The notes under the pieces are model-generated. The model was not told the origin of the DNA, searched no databases, and saw nothing but the letters and a program-made list of their open reading frames with translations. Shown in pieces: positions 10,425 through 20,156 of a stretch of DNA of 64,000 bases. Position numbers and translations under genes: made by a program. How positions within the stretch are numbered: the first letter of the stretch is position 1; every line of letters starts with the position of its first letter. The stretch is from an uncultured delta proteobacterium (GTDB taxonomy: Bacteria; Desulfobacterota; Binatia; Binatales; Binataceae), in NCBI GenBank assembly GCA_963724765.1, contig CAVRVY010000004.1:608001-672000 (forward strand). Direction: 5' to 3'.

Positions 10425-11294
10425 TCATTGCCGATAGCTCATGACGGACTTACGCCGCAGCGGCCGGACGGTTACCATCGCACCCGGCCCAGCGGCGAAA
10501 CGCTGCGCGGCACTGCCGTCGCGCACGGCAATTTCCAGCAGCTCGAAACTTCCAAACGTAGCGAGAGGAACACCTTTGCGGGCGTCGCCATAAGCCTGAA
10601 GTATCTCGATCGGCGCGCCCGCTCCGATCCTAACGGAAAGCCGCATAGCGGGAAAGCGAGCCTCAAAACGCGCCAGCGCGTCGCGCTCGATGTTGCTCAC
10701 GAGATTGCCGAAGCCGTCGACGTAGAGCACCTCGCCGCGCAGCTCGTCAATCCCCTCGCGCGGCTCCGCCAGTTCCAGGTTCGTCAGACCGTCGCGCACC
10801 GGCGGTCCCAGCAATTCAAGTTTGACGCCGCTCCACAAATGCGCCGCGGCGGGCGCGAAGATGTCGCGGCCGTGAAAAGTCGTGCTCACGCGCGCGAGCC
10901 GGTAGCGCGGCGCGCGCAGCTCGACCGCGCGCGCTGGCCCTGCCTCCTCCAGCGCCAGCGCGAGCACGCCGTTGTCGGGGCCGACGAAGCGCGCTCCCGC
11001 GCGCGTCTGAACCGCCACCGGCAGGCGCGCCGTGCCGACGCCGGGGTCGACCACCACCAGGAAGACCGTCCGCGGCGGGAAAAGCCGCCAGCTCTGCGCG
11101 AGCGCGATCGCGCCCGCCACGATCGACTGCGCCGGCACGCCGTGCGTGATGTCGATTAGCGCCGCGCCAGGCGCGATCGACGCAATCACGCCCTTCATCG
11201 CGCCCACGAAATGGTCGCGGTAGCCAAAGTCGGTGAGAAGCGCAATCGGAGCGGCGCCGCTTGCGCGGCTCGTCACGCGAGCGGCCATCGTCAA
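10425..11294 (-). CDS. SAM hydrolase / SAM-dependent halogenase family (DUF62)
   Basis: LLTDFG, VVDPGVGT, GPDNG, TFHGRDIFAP, VDGFGNL. Confidence 0.92.
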   Translation of the reverse strand: MTMAARVTSRASGAAPIALLTDFGYRDHFVGAMKGVIASIAPGAALIDITHGVPAQSIVAGAIALAQSWRLFPPRTVFLVVVDPGVGTARLPVAVQTRAGARFVGPDNGVLALALEEAGPARAVELRAPRYRLARVSTTFHGRDIFAPAAAHLWSGVKLELLGPPVRDGLTNLELAEPREGIDELRGEVLYVDGFGNLVSNIERDALARFEARFPAMRLSVRIGAGAPIEILQAYGDARKGVPLATFGSFELLEIAVRDGSAAQRFAAGPGAMVTVRPLRRKSVMSYRQ

Positions 11295-12286
11295 CCTCGC
11301 CGCCGCGCCGGCCGCGCGAGTTCCTCGCGGACCGCGGTGGCGAGCAGCGGGAACATGATCTCATGATGGCCGGTGAGCGCGATTCCGCGCGCTCCCTTGC
11401 CGCCGGCGGTCGGCCGCTCGACCACGTTGATCCGCGGCCGGTACTGGCGGATGAAATCCATGTCGGCGGCACACAAGCCGTCGACCCGCCGGCCCAGGTT
11501 GCGCGCAAGGTTGAGCGCCTTAAGGAAAACCTCGGGCATCACCACCGCTGAACCCAGGTTCAGCACCACACCGCGCTTAAGCGTCGCAACCACCGCGACC
11601 AGGCGATGGAAGTCCGTCATCGTGGCCTTGCCGATTGCGCCGCCGTCGGCCGCCGGATGCATATGGATGATGTCGGCGCCCAGCGCGACGTGCACGGTCG
11701 CCGGAGCGCCCGCGCGGTGAGCGGCGGCGAAGATGCTGGCGTCGCGGTAGCGCAGGCGTGCGCGGACGATTTCGCGACCGACGACTTCGCCTAGTCCCCT
11801 GCCCTCCTCGGCGGCCAGGCGCGCCGCGCGATTGAGGAAAGCGCCGGTCTCCTCGGCCATCCCGAAGCTGCCGTCGCCGAGTCCGGCGCCGACGTCCTCC
11901 GAGGTACGCCCGGCAAAGGCGAGCTCGAAGTCGTGGATAATCGCCGCGCCGTTGGTCGCAATCGCGCTCAGCACGCCGTCGCGCAGCATCCCGCAGATGA
12001 GCGGGCTCAGGCCGACCTTCAGTGGATGCGCGCCGGTGAGCATCAGGAAGCTCCGCCCGGCGCGGCGCGCCGTCGCGATTCGCCGCGCCAGCTCGCGGAG
12101 ATCAGCCGCCGCCAGAGTTTCGGGCAACGCGGCGATAAACTCGCGCATCGTGGCGCCGGCCTGAAGCTCCCGCGCGAATTGGTCGCGATCAACCTTGCGT
12201 GACAGCGAGGCCAGCGGCCGGGTGCGCGCGCGGGCCGGATTTACTGGCTCGATTCGCGTTTTTGGCCGAATGGGGGGTGGTTTCAT
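11291..12286 (-). CDS. Deoxyhypusine-synthase-like NAD-binding fold protein
   Basis: GAHPLKVGL, IATNGAAIIHDFE, GSAVVMPEVFLKAL, GHHEIMFP. Confidence 0.7.
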   Translation of the reverse strand: MKPPPIRPKTRIEPVNPARARTRPLASLSRKVDRDQFARELQAGATMREFIAALPETLAAADLRELARRIATARRAGRSFLMLTGAHPLKVGLSPLICGMLRDGVLSAIATNGAAIIHDFELAFAGRTSEDVGAGLGDGSFGMAEETGAFLNRAARLAAEEGRGLGEVVGREIVRARLRYRDASIFAAAHRAGAPATVHVALGADIIHMHPAADGGAIGKATMTDFHRLVAVVATLKRGVVLNLGSAVVMPEVFLKALNLARNLGRRVDGLCAADMDFIRQYRPRINVVERPTAGGKGARGIALTGHHEIMFPLLATAVREELARPARRRG

Positions 12287-12440
12287 CGGTGCCGGAGAAG
12301 GCTCGATCGCTGTAGCGCCGTTTCCCTGGAGAGTGTAAAGTTACCGGATGCTTCGGCCGACTCCAACCGCGCGCCGCGCGGTGAACCGGAGTACGAAGCA
12401 GGCTGGCCGGGTGGGGACGAGCAGTACGGGGAGACGGGAA

Positions 12441-13115
12441 ATGGGAGAGACCAAGCCATCAACCGTTATTAGTGACGTGACTGACGGCGTCGTCCCAAGA
12501 ATCGAGCGTCCCGATTGCTTGATCGCGCCCGCTCCGCCGCAACCCACTCCAGAACGCACTATCGACCGCCGCCACTTCATCGGCCAATTCATCCGGACGA
12601 CCGGGATCGCCGCCGCGACCGCGGCCCTTGCGCCGGCATCGAGCGCACTCGCGATGCTGACCGCGCCGGCGACACCGCGCCGCCTGAAATTCTACAACCT
12701 GCACACCAGCGAGCAACTGAACATCGTCTATTACGAGAAGGGGCGGTACATCCCGCAGGCGCTGGCCGAAATCGATTATATCCTGCGCGACTATCGCCAG
12801 AACGTGGTCAAGCCGATGAGTCCGGCACTGCTCGACCTGGTGGTCGCGATCCGGCGCAGGCTCCATACTGACGTCGAGGTGGCGATTATCTCGGGCTATC
12901 GCACGCCGCAGACCAACGCGATGCTGGCGGCGCGCAGCGACGGCGTCGCGCATCACAGCCTGCACATGGACGGATTGGCGCTTGACTGGCGCGTCCCCGG
13001 ACGCACGCTCGAGCAATTGCATCAAGTGGCGCTCGCGATGCGTGGCGGCGGCGTCGGCTACTATCCGGCGTCCGATTTTGTGCACACCGACGTCGGCCGC
13101 GTCCGCTACTGGTAG
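12441..13115 (+). CDS. YcbK/DUF882 (peptidase M15-like) Tat-exported protein
   Basis: DRRHFI Tat motif, ISGYRTPQTN, SLHM..LALD, FVHTDVGRVRYW. Confidence 0.9.
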   Translation: MGETKPSTVISDVTDGVVPRIERPDCLIAPAPPQPTPERTIDRRHFIGQFIRTTGIAAATAALAPASSALAMLTAPATPRRLKFYNLHTSEQLNIVYYEKGRYIPQALAEIDYILRDYRQNVVKPMSPALLDLVVAIRRRLHTDVEVAIISGYRTPQTNAMLAARSDGVAHHSLHMDGLALDWRVPGRTLEQLHQVALAMRGGGVGYYPASDFVHTDVGRVRYW

Positions 13116-13216
13116 ACTTCCTCTTTCACCTTGCACTCTTCGCTTTAACTTGGCCCTCGCGCCGGCGCTCCGCCTTTGCGCCTCGCCATGCACGTTGCGC
13201 GCTCGCAGCCAAGGAT

Positions 13217-13245
13217 TTGACACGCCATCGCCGCGACCCTAGACT
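13217..13245 (+). promoter_or_regulatory. sigma70 promoter of tRNA-Gly
   Basis: TTGACA-N17-TAGACT ending 9 nt before the tRNA. Confidence 0.75.
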
Positions 13246-13254
13246 CCAGCACGG

Positions 13255-13329
<75 letters not shown>

Positions 13330-13397
13330 CACTTTCCCTCACGGAGAGAAGGACTTCAGCAATCGACACGGATCGGGCACCCGTCTTTCGGATAAGT

Positions 13398-13423
13398 TAG
13401 TCACGGTTTTAGTCACGGTTCGG
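13398..13423 (+). repeat. Integrase arm-type site, left (2x AGTCACGGTT)
   Basis: 24/26 identical to 22708-22733. Confidence 0.75.
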
Positions 13424-13437
13424 AGTAAAATCCGAGC

Positions 13438-14076
13438 ATGCAAAACGCGAACACATACCCGCATGGCGCCGACCTGAGTATCTATCCGACCGTTGACGTG
13501 ATGCGCGAGGCCTACCTGTTCGGCTTCTACCGCAGCTATCCGCATCAGGCGGGGATGCGGATCGGGCCATTGGCTCCTGAGGCTGCCGGCGGCGATGAAC
13601 GAACGCGCGCGACCCTGGCGGAGATGCGGCCGACCTGCCACGCGGTCATTGTGCTCCCGCGAAAGGTGCTCATACTGCGTTTCGCGCGGCGCGCCACGCG
13701 GCGAGACATTGAGCGGCTCGAGTACGAACAGGCGCTGCTCGCACAAACATCGGAGCTGGCAACCGTGCGCCACTGGCGCATCGAGGCCCGTCTTGTTCAC
13801 TGCGATATCGCCGATGGCGTCGCAGAGCTAGCGCGCGAACGCGGCATCAGGCTGGCGCTCTACCGGCCGCGCTGGCTCGCCACACATCGGCCGCGCAACA
13901 TGCCGGCGCCGCAACACAGCTTCGTGGCGCGGCGTTTCGACGCGGCGCGGCTCGCGGAGTTCGCAGCCGCGCATAGCGGCTCGCTCGAACGGATCGCCCA
14001 CCGTGCCCAACGCGCGCGCGCCAAGACGAGGCAGAGCGCCCGGCTCACGCCTGAGCAACCTCGTGAGCATCTCTAG
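13438..14076 (+). CDS. Hypothetical protein, possibly a degenerate PD-(D/E)xK fold
   Basis: 212-aa ORF with high-GC codon pattern; family inferred from motif pattern only. Confidence 0.6.
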   Translation: MQNANTYPHGADLSIYPTVDVMREAYLFGFYRSYPHQAGMRIGPLAPEAAGGDERTRATLAEMRPTCHAVIVLPRKVLILRFARRATRRDIERLEYEQALLAQTSELATVRHWRIEARLVHCDIADGVAELARERGIRLALYRPRWLATHRPRNMPAPQHSFVARRFDAARLAEFAAAHSGSLERIAHRAQRARAKTRQSARLTPEQPREHL

Positions 14077-15333
14077 AAAGCCAACCGAACACGCTGGGCG
14101 TGCATGGGGGCCGAAGCCCGGAGCACCGTCAATCGTGAGCGCGGCGCCGGGCTGTGCGGCGGCATGACCGCGAAGAAGAGAAGCGAGCTTGCAGGCTTTC
14201 CAAATGCTGCGCGCCGGTCGAAATGCGGCACCGCACAACCGGACACGCCGCGAACTCAACCGTCCCATCGACCATAATCAGCACCTGCATCGAGCACGCA
14301 CAGATAGAGAATAGTTAGCGAGCGCGGGAAGTTTCCAGCGCTGTGCGAGCGCACATCGAGAATCTTCCGACTTCGCTTCCAAACTCGCTTCCACTCGCGT
14401 ACCGCGTCGAAGTGCCATCGAATTTTTTGCCGTCTGAGGATACTCCCCCCGCCGACCAGCCCGGCTCGGGCAAAGGCCGTGTGACTGCTGAAAAAAGTAA
14501 TAGACGGGCCGAACGCACCCTTTCTTGGCTCATGGTTCTCGCTAGGGAAACTAAGGATAACCATGAGGGAATCATACTTCTGCGCCACGACTAGCTAATG
14601 CAAGACGGTGAGCGTGGCGGCTGGCAAGCGCGGATTCGTAGCCGGCCGCGGCGTGCAGCCTGGTCGATACTCAGTCCATAGTCGAGTCGGCGTTGACGGC
14701 ATTGACGTGGCGACCGCGGCGGCCATGGCCGGAGCCGAGAGAGTCGAGAACTGCGGGTCTCTAGGTGCGGGAGGCGGCGCGCGCGGGTTCCGCCGGTCTT
14801 GTGCTACCTGGCTGGTGACGCCGCGGGCGCGCCGGGCGACGCGAACCAACCGAACTTGGCAGGGGATGATTTAGCCGGCACGGCTTGAGCGATGGTCAGC
14901 GAGGCAAAATCGCCGCCGCACGCCCACGGAACCCGGCCTAGGAGCGGTTCGTCGCGCCGGGCTCGACTCACGGAACGGCCGGAAGCGCTGAGCGGCTCAT
15001 AAACGTTGCCCTGGTGATGTTGATAACTCCGTGCCCGCCGTGATGCTCTGTCGGCGATGAGTGGATAGCCTGAAAAGCGTGGAAGCTCGCGGCCCTAACC
15101 GCGAGTTTCGCTTCGAGACCGGAACTGTGAAGAGAGCACAGCACCGACCTCAACCACAGAGTACTGCGCCACACCCTCGTGGGTAACCTGGGCTGGAGCC
15201 GTTTCCCTGCTTTGAGGCTGACGCTGAATTTGTTTGGTCACCGCCGACTGCCCCATCGACGGACCGGCTCAAGGCCGTAACAGCCGCGCCGCGCGAGCAC
15301 CTGGATTCGCGCGTTGAAAGCGCGGGGCGCCGG

Positions 15334-15804
15334 ATGCGGGAATGGATCGACAACGCGCATTTCGCTCGCTGGCTCGCCGACGCAGTTGCTGAATATATAG
15401 GCCAGAGCGCCGCCTGGTGGTTTCCGCAAACACTCGACAGCTACGACCAGCATTCCATACTCACACCGGGCACGGACAAGTTTGAGAGGGTGAAGGCGCT
15501 CAACGTATGGATAACGGTGGGCAGCTGGTGGCTCGTCGCCGGAGGTCGCTGGACCGCTCCGGTATTCTATCTCCTGTACGAGTACATGCGTGCTTGTGGT
15601 GCGCCGCTTCCCCCGACTTGGAGCGCAGCGGAGCGGGCGCGAAAGCGAATCACGGCAGCCGTCCGAGACGCGCTGGAGCAGGACGTCGAGATGAGCTATA
15701 GGCGACGGCGCAGACTGCTCGGAGAGAATCCGCTTATCGCCATGACGTTGCGCGAACTAGGGCCGCTCGCGGTCCGCCGGGACCCACGGAACTGCCGAAG
15801 CTGA
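15334..15804 (+). CDS. Hypothetical protein
   Basis: 156-aa ORF; frame stays open upstream to about 15187. Confidence 0.55.
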   Translation: MREWIDNAHFARWLADAVAEYIGQSAAWWFPQTLDSYDQHSILTPGTDKFERVKALNVWITVGSWWLVAGGRWTAPVFYLLYEYMRACGAPLPPTWSAAERARKRITAAVRDALEQDVEMSYRRRRRLLGENPLIAMTLRELGPLAVRRDPRNCRS

Positions 15805-15906
15805 CGCCCGCAAATCCCAATTTAAAAACCTGTCACCCTACGCACTTTATTCACTGACCGCGTAACTTCCGTTGCAGCATGAAGCTGCACCAAAGGAGCG
15901 CGGCAA

Positions 15907-16188
15907 ATGGACGAGTTGCACAAGCTTTTCGACGTTGACCTGGACACGCCTGCGTTTCGGGGCCGCCCGGTCACGGAACAGCGCGAGCGACTGCTAGGGC
16001 TGAGAGAGATCGCTGCCTACCTGAATGTGGGCCGTTCCTTCCTCATCGAACACATCAAGAGCGGTGACCTAATCGCCTACCGTATCGGCGGAGTGTGGAA
16101 GGTCTCACGCCTGGAGATGCATCGCTTCCTGATGCGTAACCGCAGCGACCGGATCGCCCGAGGTCCGCAAGGCGCGGTGATGAAGTAA
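15907..16188 (+). CDS. Excisionase-type HTH (HTH_17) DNA-binding protein
   Basis: LLGLREIAAYLNVGRS....IKSGDLIAYRIGGVWKV; AAGGAG RBS. Confidence 0.85.
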   Translation: MDELHKLFDVDLDTPAFRGRPVTEQRERLLGLREIAAYLNVGRSFLIEHIKSGDLIAYRIGGVWKVSRLEMHRFLMRNRSDRIARGPQGAVMK

Positions 16189-16253
16189 CGCGGCAAGTAA
16201 AAACAGGAACGCCATGAAGAGGAGACACCCGACACAGCGTTGAGGGAAAAGAA

Positions 16254-16586
16254 ATGCCTACTCAAGATGCCTCATCACAGCACGGCACAGAAGTCGCCCG
16301 CGTGCACATCTCGAAGGCTTCGCCGCGGCGCCTTCAAGCCGAGGTCATCGGCTGCCCGGCGGCGTTACGCGTGGAAGCAGAACGGATCGCCAACCTAATC
16401 GGCACGCTGGCGCCCTGGCCGGGCAACGGAACCGTAAGCTTGTTTCTTGTGCGCGGTGGTGGACTGCGGTGGCTGCCGGAGCCCGGCCGACAGGGCTCGA
16501 AGACGTACATGACGGCTTGGCAAGCCGGTGCCGAGCGGGCCATCCGGGAAGACACGCGCGTTGGCTTCAATAAACGTCGCGACTAG
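16254..16586 (+). CDS. Hypothetical protein
   Basis: 110-aa co-oriented ORF between xis and DUF3987 genes. Confidence 0.45.
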   Translation: MPTQDASSQHGTEVARVHISKASPRRLQAEVIGCPAALRVEAERIANLIGTLAPWPGNGTVSLFLVRGGGLRWLPEPGRQGSKTYMTAWQAGAERAIREDTRVGFNKRRD

Positions 16587-16717
16587 GGCTGATATGAGCC
16601 ACGTTCTACACCGAGTTGGTACCACGACCTATGCCGATTCGACTGCTCAGTCGCACGGAGATGAATAATCAATGAGTAATTGGCGGAGGAGCTGGACGCG
16701 GTTGGATTCGAACCAAG

Positions 16718-18571
16718 ATGCGTGAAGAGAACAAGGGCTTCAAGCCGAGAGCGATCGTCTCATCCCCAGCAGAACAAGGAGCGGCGGGCGCAAGCAGCGA
16801 CGCCAAAGGCAACGGCCGCGACTTCGAGATGGCGCACTTCCAAAGCCGGCTGTACGACTTTGCGCGGAAGCTGCTGGCACAAGATTTCGGGTTCTACCTG
16901 TGCGGTGAGAACCTTGACCTATCGCTTGCGAAGAACTGTCGCGCTCGCGATTACGACAAGCACGTGTGGCTGGAGGGCGCGCCGCTCGATAATGCGATCC
17001 GCGAGGCGGCGAAGCGTGCTCGCGCGGACTTCAGCGGTGAATCGAGTACGCCGGCGAACGGCACGGGTCGCGCTGCGCACGTTGAAGATTGGCCTGAGCC
17101 TGAAGAGATCGGCGGCGAGCTTCTGCCCGTCAAGAGCCTCAAAGAGGCGCTGATACCCGACACCTTTCGGCCGTGGGTGCTTGACACAGCCGAACGCTTT
17201 CAGTGTCCGGCCGACTACTTCGCGGTGGCCGCCCTGGTGGAGACGGGGCAGCTTCTCGGGCGCCGCATAGCGATCCGGCCAAAGCAGTACGACCCCTGGT
17301 ACGAGCACGCCAACCTGTGGGGCGGCATCGTGGCGCCGCCCGGCTTCATGAAGTCGCCGGCAATAAAGGAAGGCTTTCATCCGCTCTTCCGGCTGGAACG
17401 CCAGGCACGCACAGACTTCGAGGACACTAAGCGAAGGGCTGAGGTCGATCGGGAGATCGCGGAGTCGAATCGCACTATCATCCGCAATCGAATGAGGGCG
17501 AAAGGCCTTAGTGAGAGCGAACAGGAGCGCCTGGCCCGCCAGTTTAGCGAGGTTACTTTCGACGAACCAATCTGCCGGCGCTACATCGTCAACGATGTCA
17601 CGGTAGAGAAGGTCGGCGAGCTGCTCAACCAGAACCCCGACGGGCTCTGTCTCCTATGCGATGAGCTTTCGGGTTGGATGGGACTCATGGAACAACCCGA
17701 GCATAAGAACGCGCGCGCATTCTATCTTTCCGCGTGGAGCGGCAAGCAGCCCTACACCTACGATCGCATCGGCCGCGGCTCGCTCTTCATCGAGGCGGCG
17801 TGCCTCTCAGTGTTCGGCGCCTTGGTGCCTGGAACGCTGGAGCGCTACCTACGCGCGACCTTCAGCGGCGAGCAAGCCGACGGCTTCATCCAACGCTTTC
17901 AGCTTCTCGTGTACCCGGACCTGCCTGGGAAGTGGAACTACGTGGATCGCCCGATTGACGAGGCCGCGCGCGCGCGCGCGTTTCACGCGCTGGAGCGGGT
18001 GGGCTCGCTAACGGTCGATGACTTCCACGCGATGAAGGTCGAAGACGAGGCGCCGTTCGTGCGCTTCACGCCGGCGGCTCAAAGCGTATGGATCGGGGCG
18101 CACGAATGGTGCATGGGGCTGGCGCGGTCGAACGATGAGCATCCGGTGCTGCGCTCGCACTTCTCGAAATATCCCAAGCTGCTCGCGGCGCTGGCGTTGA
18201 CTTTCCACGCGCTCCGCGTGGCTGAGGGAGCCGCCGGCGCCGCCGTGGAATTCGAATCGGTCAATCTCGCATGGGCGTGGGCTCAATACCTCGAAGAGCA
18301 CGCGCGGCGGATCTATCAGCTTGCGCTTAGTCCCGGCGAGACGGCGGCGCGGATGCTCGTGGCGAAGCTTCGCGAACAGCGGCTGCCGAATCCGTTCAGC
18401 GTGCGCGAGGTTCAACGCAAGGAATGGACGGGGCTTCGGGCAAGGGGCGACGTGCTGGCCGGTCTTGAAGTGCTCGAAGAGTGCAACTGGGTGCGGTCGG
18501 AACCGCCCGCATCTGGCAAGCCGGGACGCCCGAGTTCGCGCTTTTGGATCAATCCAAGGGTGTGGAAATGA
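16718..18571 (+). CDS. DUF3987/YfjI family P-loop (helicase-like replication) protein
   Basis: WPEP, NLWGGIVAPPGFMKSPA Walker A, NDVTVEK, DELSGW, DGFIQRF, C-terminal GRPS..F.INP. Confidence 0.88.
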   Translation: MREENKGFKPRAIVSSPAEQGAAGASSDAKGNGRDFEMAHFQSRLYDFARKLLAQDFGFYLCGENLDLSLAKNCRARDYDKHVWLEGAPLDNAIREAAKRARADFSGESSTPANGTGRAAHVEDWPEPEEIGGELLPVKSLKEALIPDTFRPWVLDTAERFQCPADYFAVAALVETGQLLGRRIAIRPKQYDPWYEHANLWGGIVAPPGFMKSPAIKEGFHPLFRLERQARTDFEDTKRRAEVDREIAESNRTIIRNRMRAKGLSESEQERLARQFSEVTFDEPICRRYIVNDVTVEKVGELLNQNPDGLCLLCDELSGWMGLMEQPEHKNARAFYLSAWSGKQPYTYDRIGRGSLFIEAACLSVFGALVPGTLERYLRATFSGEQADGFIQRFQLLVYPDLPGKWNYVDRPIDEAARARAFHALERVGSLTVDDFHAMKVEDEAPFVRFTPAAQSVWIGAHEWCMGLARSNDEHPVLRSHFSKYPKLLAALALTFHALRVAEGAAGAAVEFESVNLAWAWAQYLEEHARRIYQLALSPGETAARMLVAKLREQRLPNPFSVREVQRKEWTGLRARGDVLAGLEVLEECNWVRSEPPASGKPGRPSSRFWINPRVWK

Positions 18572-18587
18572 GGATCACACCCGGAAA

Positions 18588-18671
18588 GTTTTGTCAGTTT
18601 TGTCAGTGCCCACCCATACTCTTTTCCCATGGACAAGTGCCTTGGGTGGGTACTGACAAAACCGACGAAAC
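18588..18671. repeat. Ori-like inverted repeat with TTTTGTCAG iterons
   Basis: 28-bp arms 18589-18616 and 18643-18670, 25/28 complementary, immediately after the DUF3987 gene. Confidence 0.75.
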
Positions 18672-18726
18672 CCTAGCCGCCGGAGTGACATGGGTTGGCG
18701 CTTAGAGACGCTCAGGCAAGTAGGCG

Positions 18727-18993
18727 ATGGGTGCTCAGTCAGAGCTATTTTGGCGCGGCGATCCGGCGGCGGACGGTTTCCGCTTCACCTGGTGGAACAC
18801 GCGCGAAGGCACGGCGGTGTTCGTCCAGCGTCGCGGTTCGTGGCGACCGGGCCTGGTGGTCAGGTGCTATCGCAAGTCGGTGAGCGTGATGCTCACCGAC
18901 CGCGACGGCAAACCCGTGTACATCCGGCACGAGTACGGCGACTTACGCCGGCGGGTCATCAAGCCGCGGCTGACCGTTGTCGCGAAGGCATAG
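18727..18993 (+). CDS. Small hypothetical protein
   Basis: 88-aa co-oriented ORF. Confidence 0.55.
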   Translation: MGAQSELFWRGDPAADGFRFTWWNTREGTAVFVQRRGSWRPGLVVRCYRKSVSVMLTDRDGKPVYIRHEYGDLRRRVIKPRLTVVAKA

Positions 18994-19012
18994 GGCGGAG
19001 AGGCGAGGCGCG

Positions 19013-19297
19013 GTGAATCGGCGGCAACAGGCGGAGCGAGATGGCACAGTGGCACGACTCCGCGCGCTCGAAGCTGCCTTTCGATCTGCCGGCGGCGTGG
19101 CGGCGATCGATTACCTGCATCAGCAGCTCACCGTGGAAGAGGCGGCCGTATTCCTGGGCACGACCAAGGGCCAGCTTTATAACCTGCTCAACCGCCGCGA
19201 GATTCCGTATGTGCGCTGGGGCAAGCGCGGCAAGCGCTTCCGCCGCATCGACCTCATCGCGTGGCAGGAAGATCGGAAACGGCCGGCGCTCCTATGA
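19013..19297 (+). CDS. Excisionase-type HTH (HTH_17) protein
   Basis: LTVEEAAVFLGTTKGQLYNL....IPYVRWGKRGKRFRRIDL. Confidence 0.88.
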   Translation: MNRRQQAERDGTVARLRALEAAFRSAGGVAAIDYLHQQLTVEEAAVFLGTTKGQLYNLLNRREIPYVRWGKRGKRFRRIDLIAWQEDRKRPALL

Positions 19298-19478
19298 GAC
19301 GGATGAAAATAACTGACGCGAGCGCGGCGCGCTCCAAAACCGCGCAATCGAAAGTGAACGCGCTGTGCGGCCTTAAAAGCACAAGTTGCAACTTTGCGCC
19401 GTGACGTGCGGAAGCGCGCCGCCTGTGGTGCAGGCTAAGCTTCGCCGTTCGGAGCAATTGTCAACCAGCGACCGTTTC

Positions 19479-19841
19479 TCAGGGAAGCGAAGCGCGCAGT
19501 GTCATCAAGAGACCTATCTGCAACATGGGATTCGCGACTAAACGGCCATTTGCCTGCATGATGGTTCCGACCGTGGTAGCAGCGGGCACCGGCGCCTCGA
19601 TCTGGAGCGTGAATTGGTTTAACGGTCCGAATATCGAGCTACGATTCCCCGAGTGGTTGGAGACCTTTACATCCGCGGTGAGTTGCCTTCCATCAGGCGT
19701 CACATTGTATTTACCCAAATATATGTAGTCTTGATCGCCTCCGAAGATCCGTCCTGTTTCAAAGACTACGATGCCAGCGCCGCCGCTACCCAGATTGGAA
19801 ACAAACCGCACGGTCCACAGTGCTTCTAGGCTCATCCGCAT
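19479..19841 (-). CDS. GrlR-like beta-barrel protein
   Basis: LEALWTVRF...GAGIVVFETGRIFGGD..YIYLGKY pattern; AGGAGA RBS. Confidence 0.65.
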   Translation of the reverse strand: MRMSLEALWTVRFVSNLGSGGAGIVVFETGRIFGGDQDYIYLGKYNVTPDGRQLTADVKVSNHSGNRSSIFGPLNQFTLQIEAPVPAATTVGTIMQANGRLVANPMLQIGLLMTLRASLP

Positions 19842-19870
19842 CTCTCCTCTAGATAACTTCTACCGCCCAC

Positions 19871-20029
19871 CTAGGGCTTTTGTACGTTGCTTGTGTTGCG
19901 GGGCCGGTTCTTTCGTGGTTTCTTCCAGCGCGCGCGTGCAGCTTTCCGACCCTGCTTGGAACGTTCTTCGGCGGTCATGTTCGCCCATCTCGCGCGGGCA
20001 CCGCGTCTAGAGAATTCGCTGAGGTCCAT
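19871..20029 (-). CDS. Small basic protein with two ARARW repeats
   Basis: MDLSEFSRRGARARWANMTAEERSKQGRKAARARW... Confidence 0.75.
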   Translation of the reverse strand: MDLSEFSRRGARARWANMTAEERSKQGRKAARARWKKPRKNRPRNTSNVQKP

Positions 20030-20045
20030 CGTTCGATATTGCCAT

Positions 20046-20092
20046 ATGCCCACCGGTAGGTATAGCCTTTGATGATGCCTACCGGCTGGCAT
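20046..20092. promoter_or_regulatory. Pair of 18-bp palindromic operators
   Basis: ATGCCCACCGGTAGGTAT (20046-20063) and ATGCCTACCGGCTGGCAT (20075-20092) between divergent genes. Confidence 0.7.
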
Positions 20093-20156
20093 GTCGCCGG
20101 AATGATGCGCGGTATCGTCAGGACCTGGGCTCTGTAACACAGGAGAGGCTTTCCAC

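Noticed and set aside
14080-15330. ORF-poor 1.2 kb as a possible ncRNA or packaging site
   Set aside because: Only short hairpins and unconvincing ORFs by eye; needs covariance analysis.
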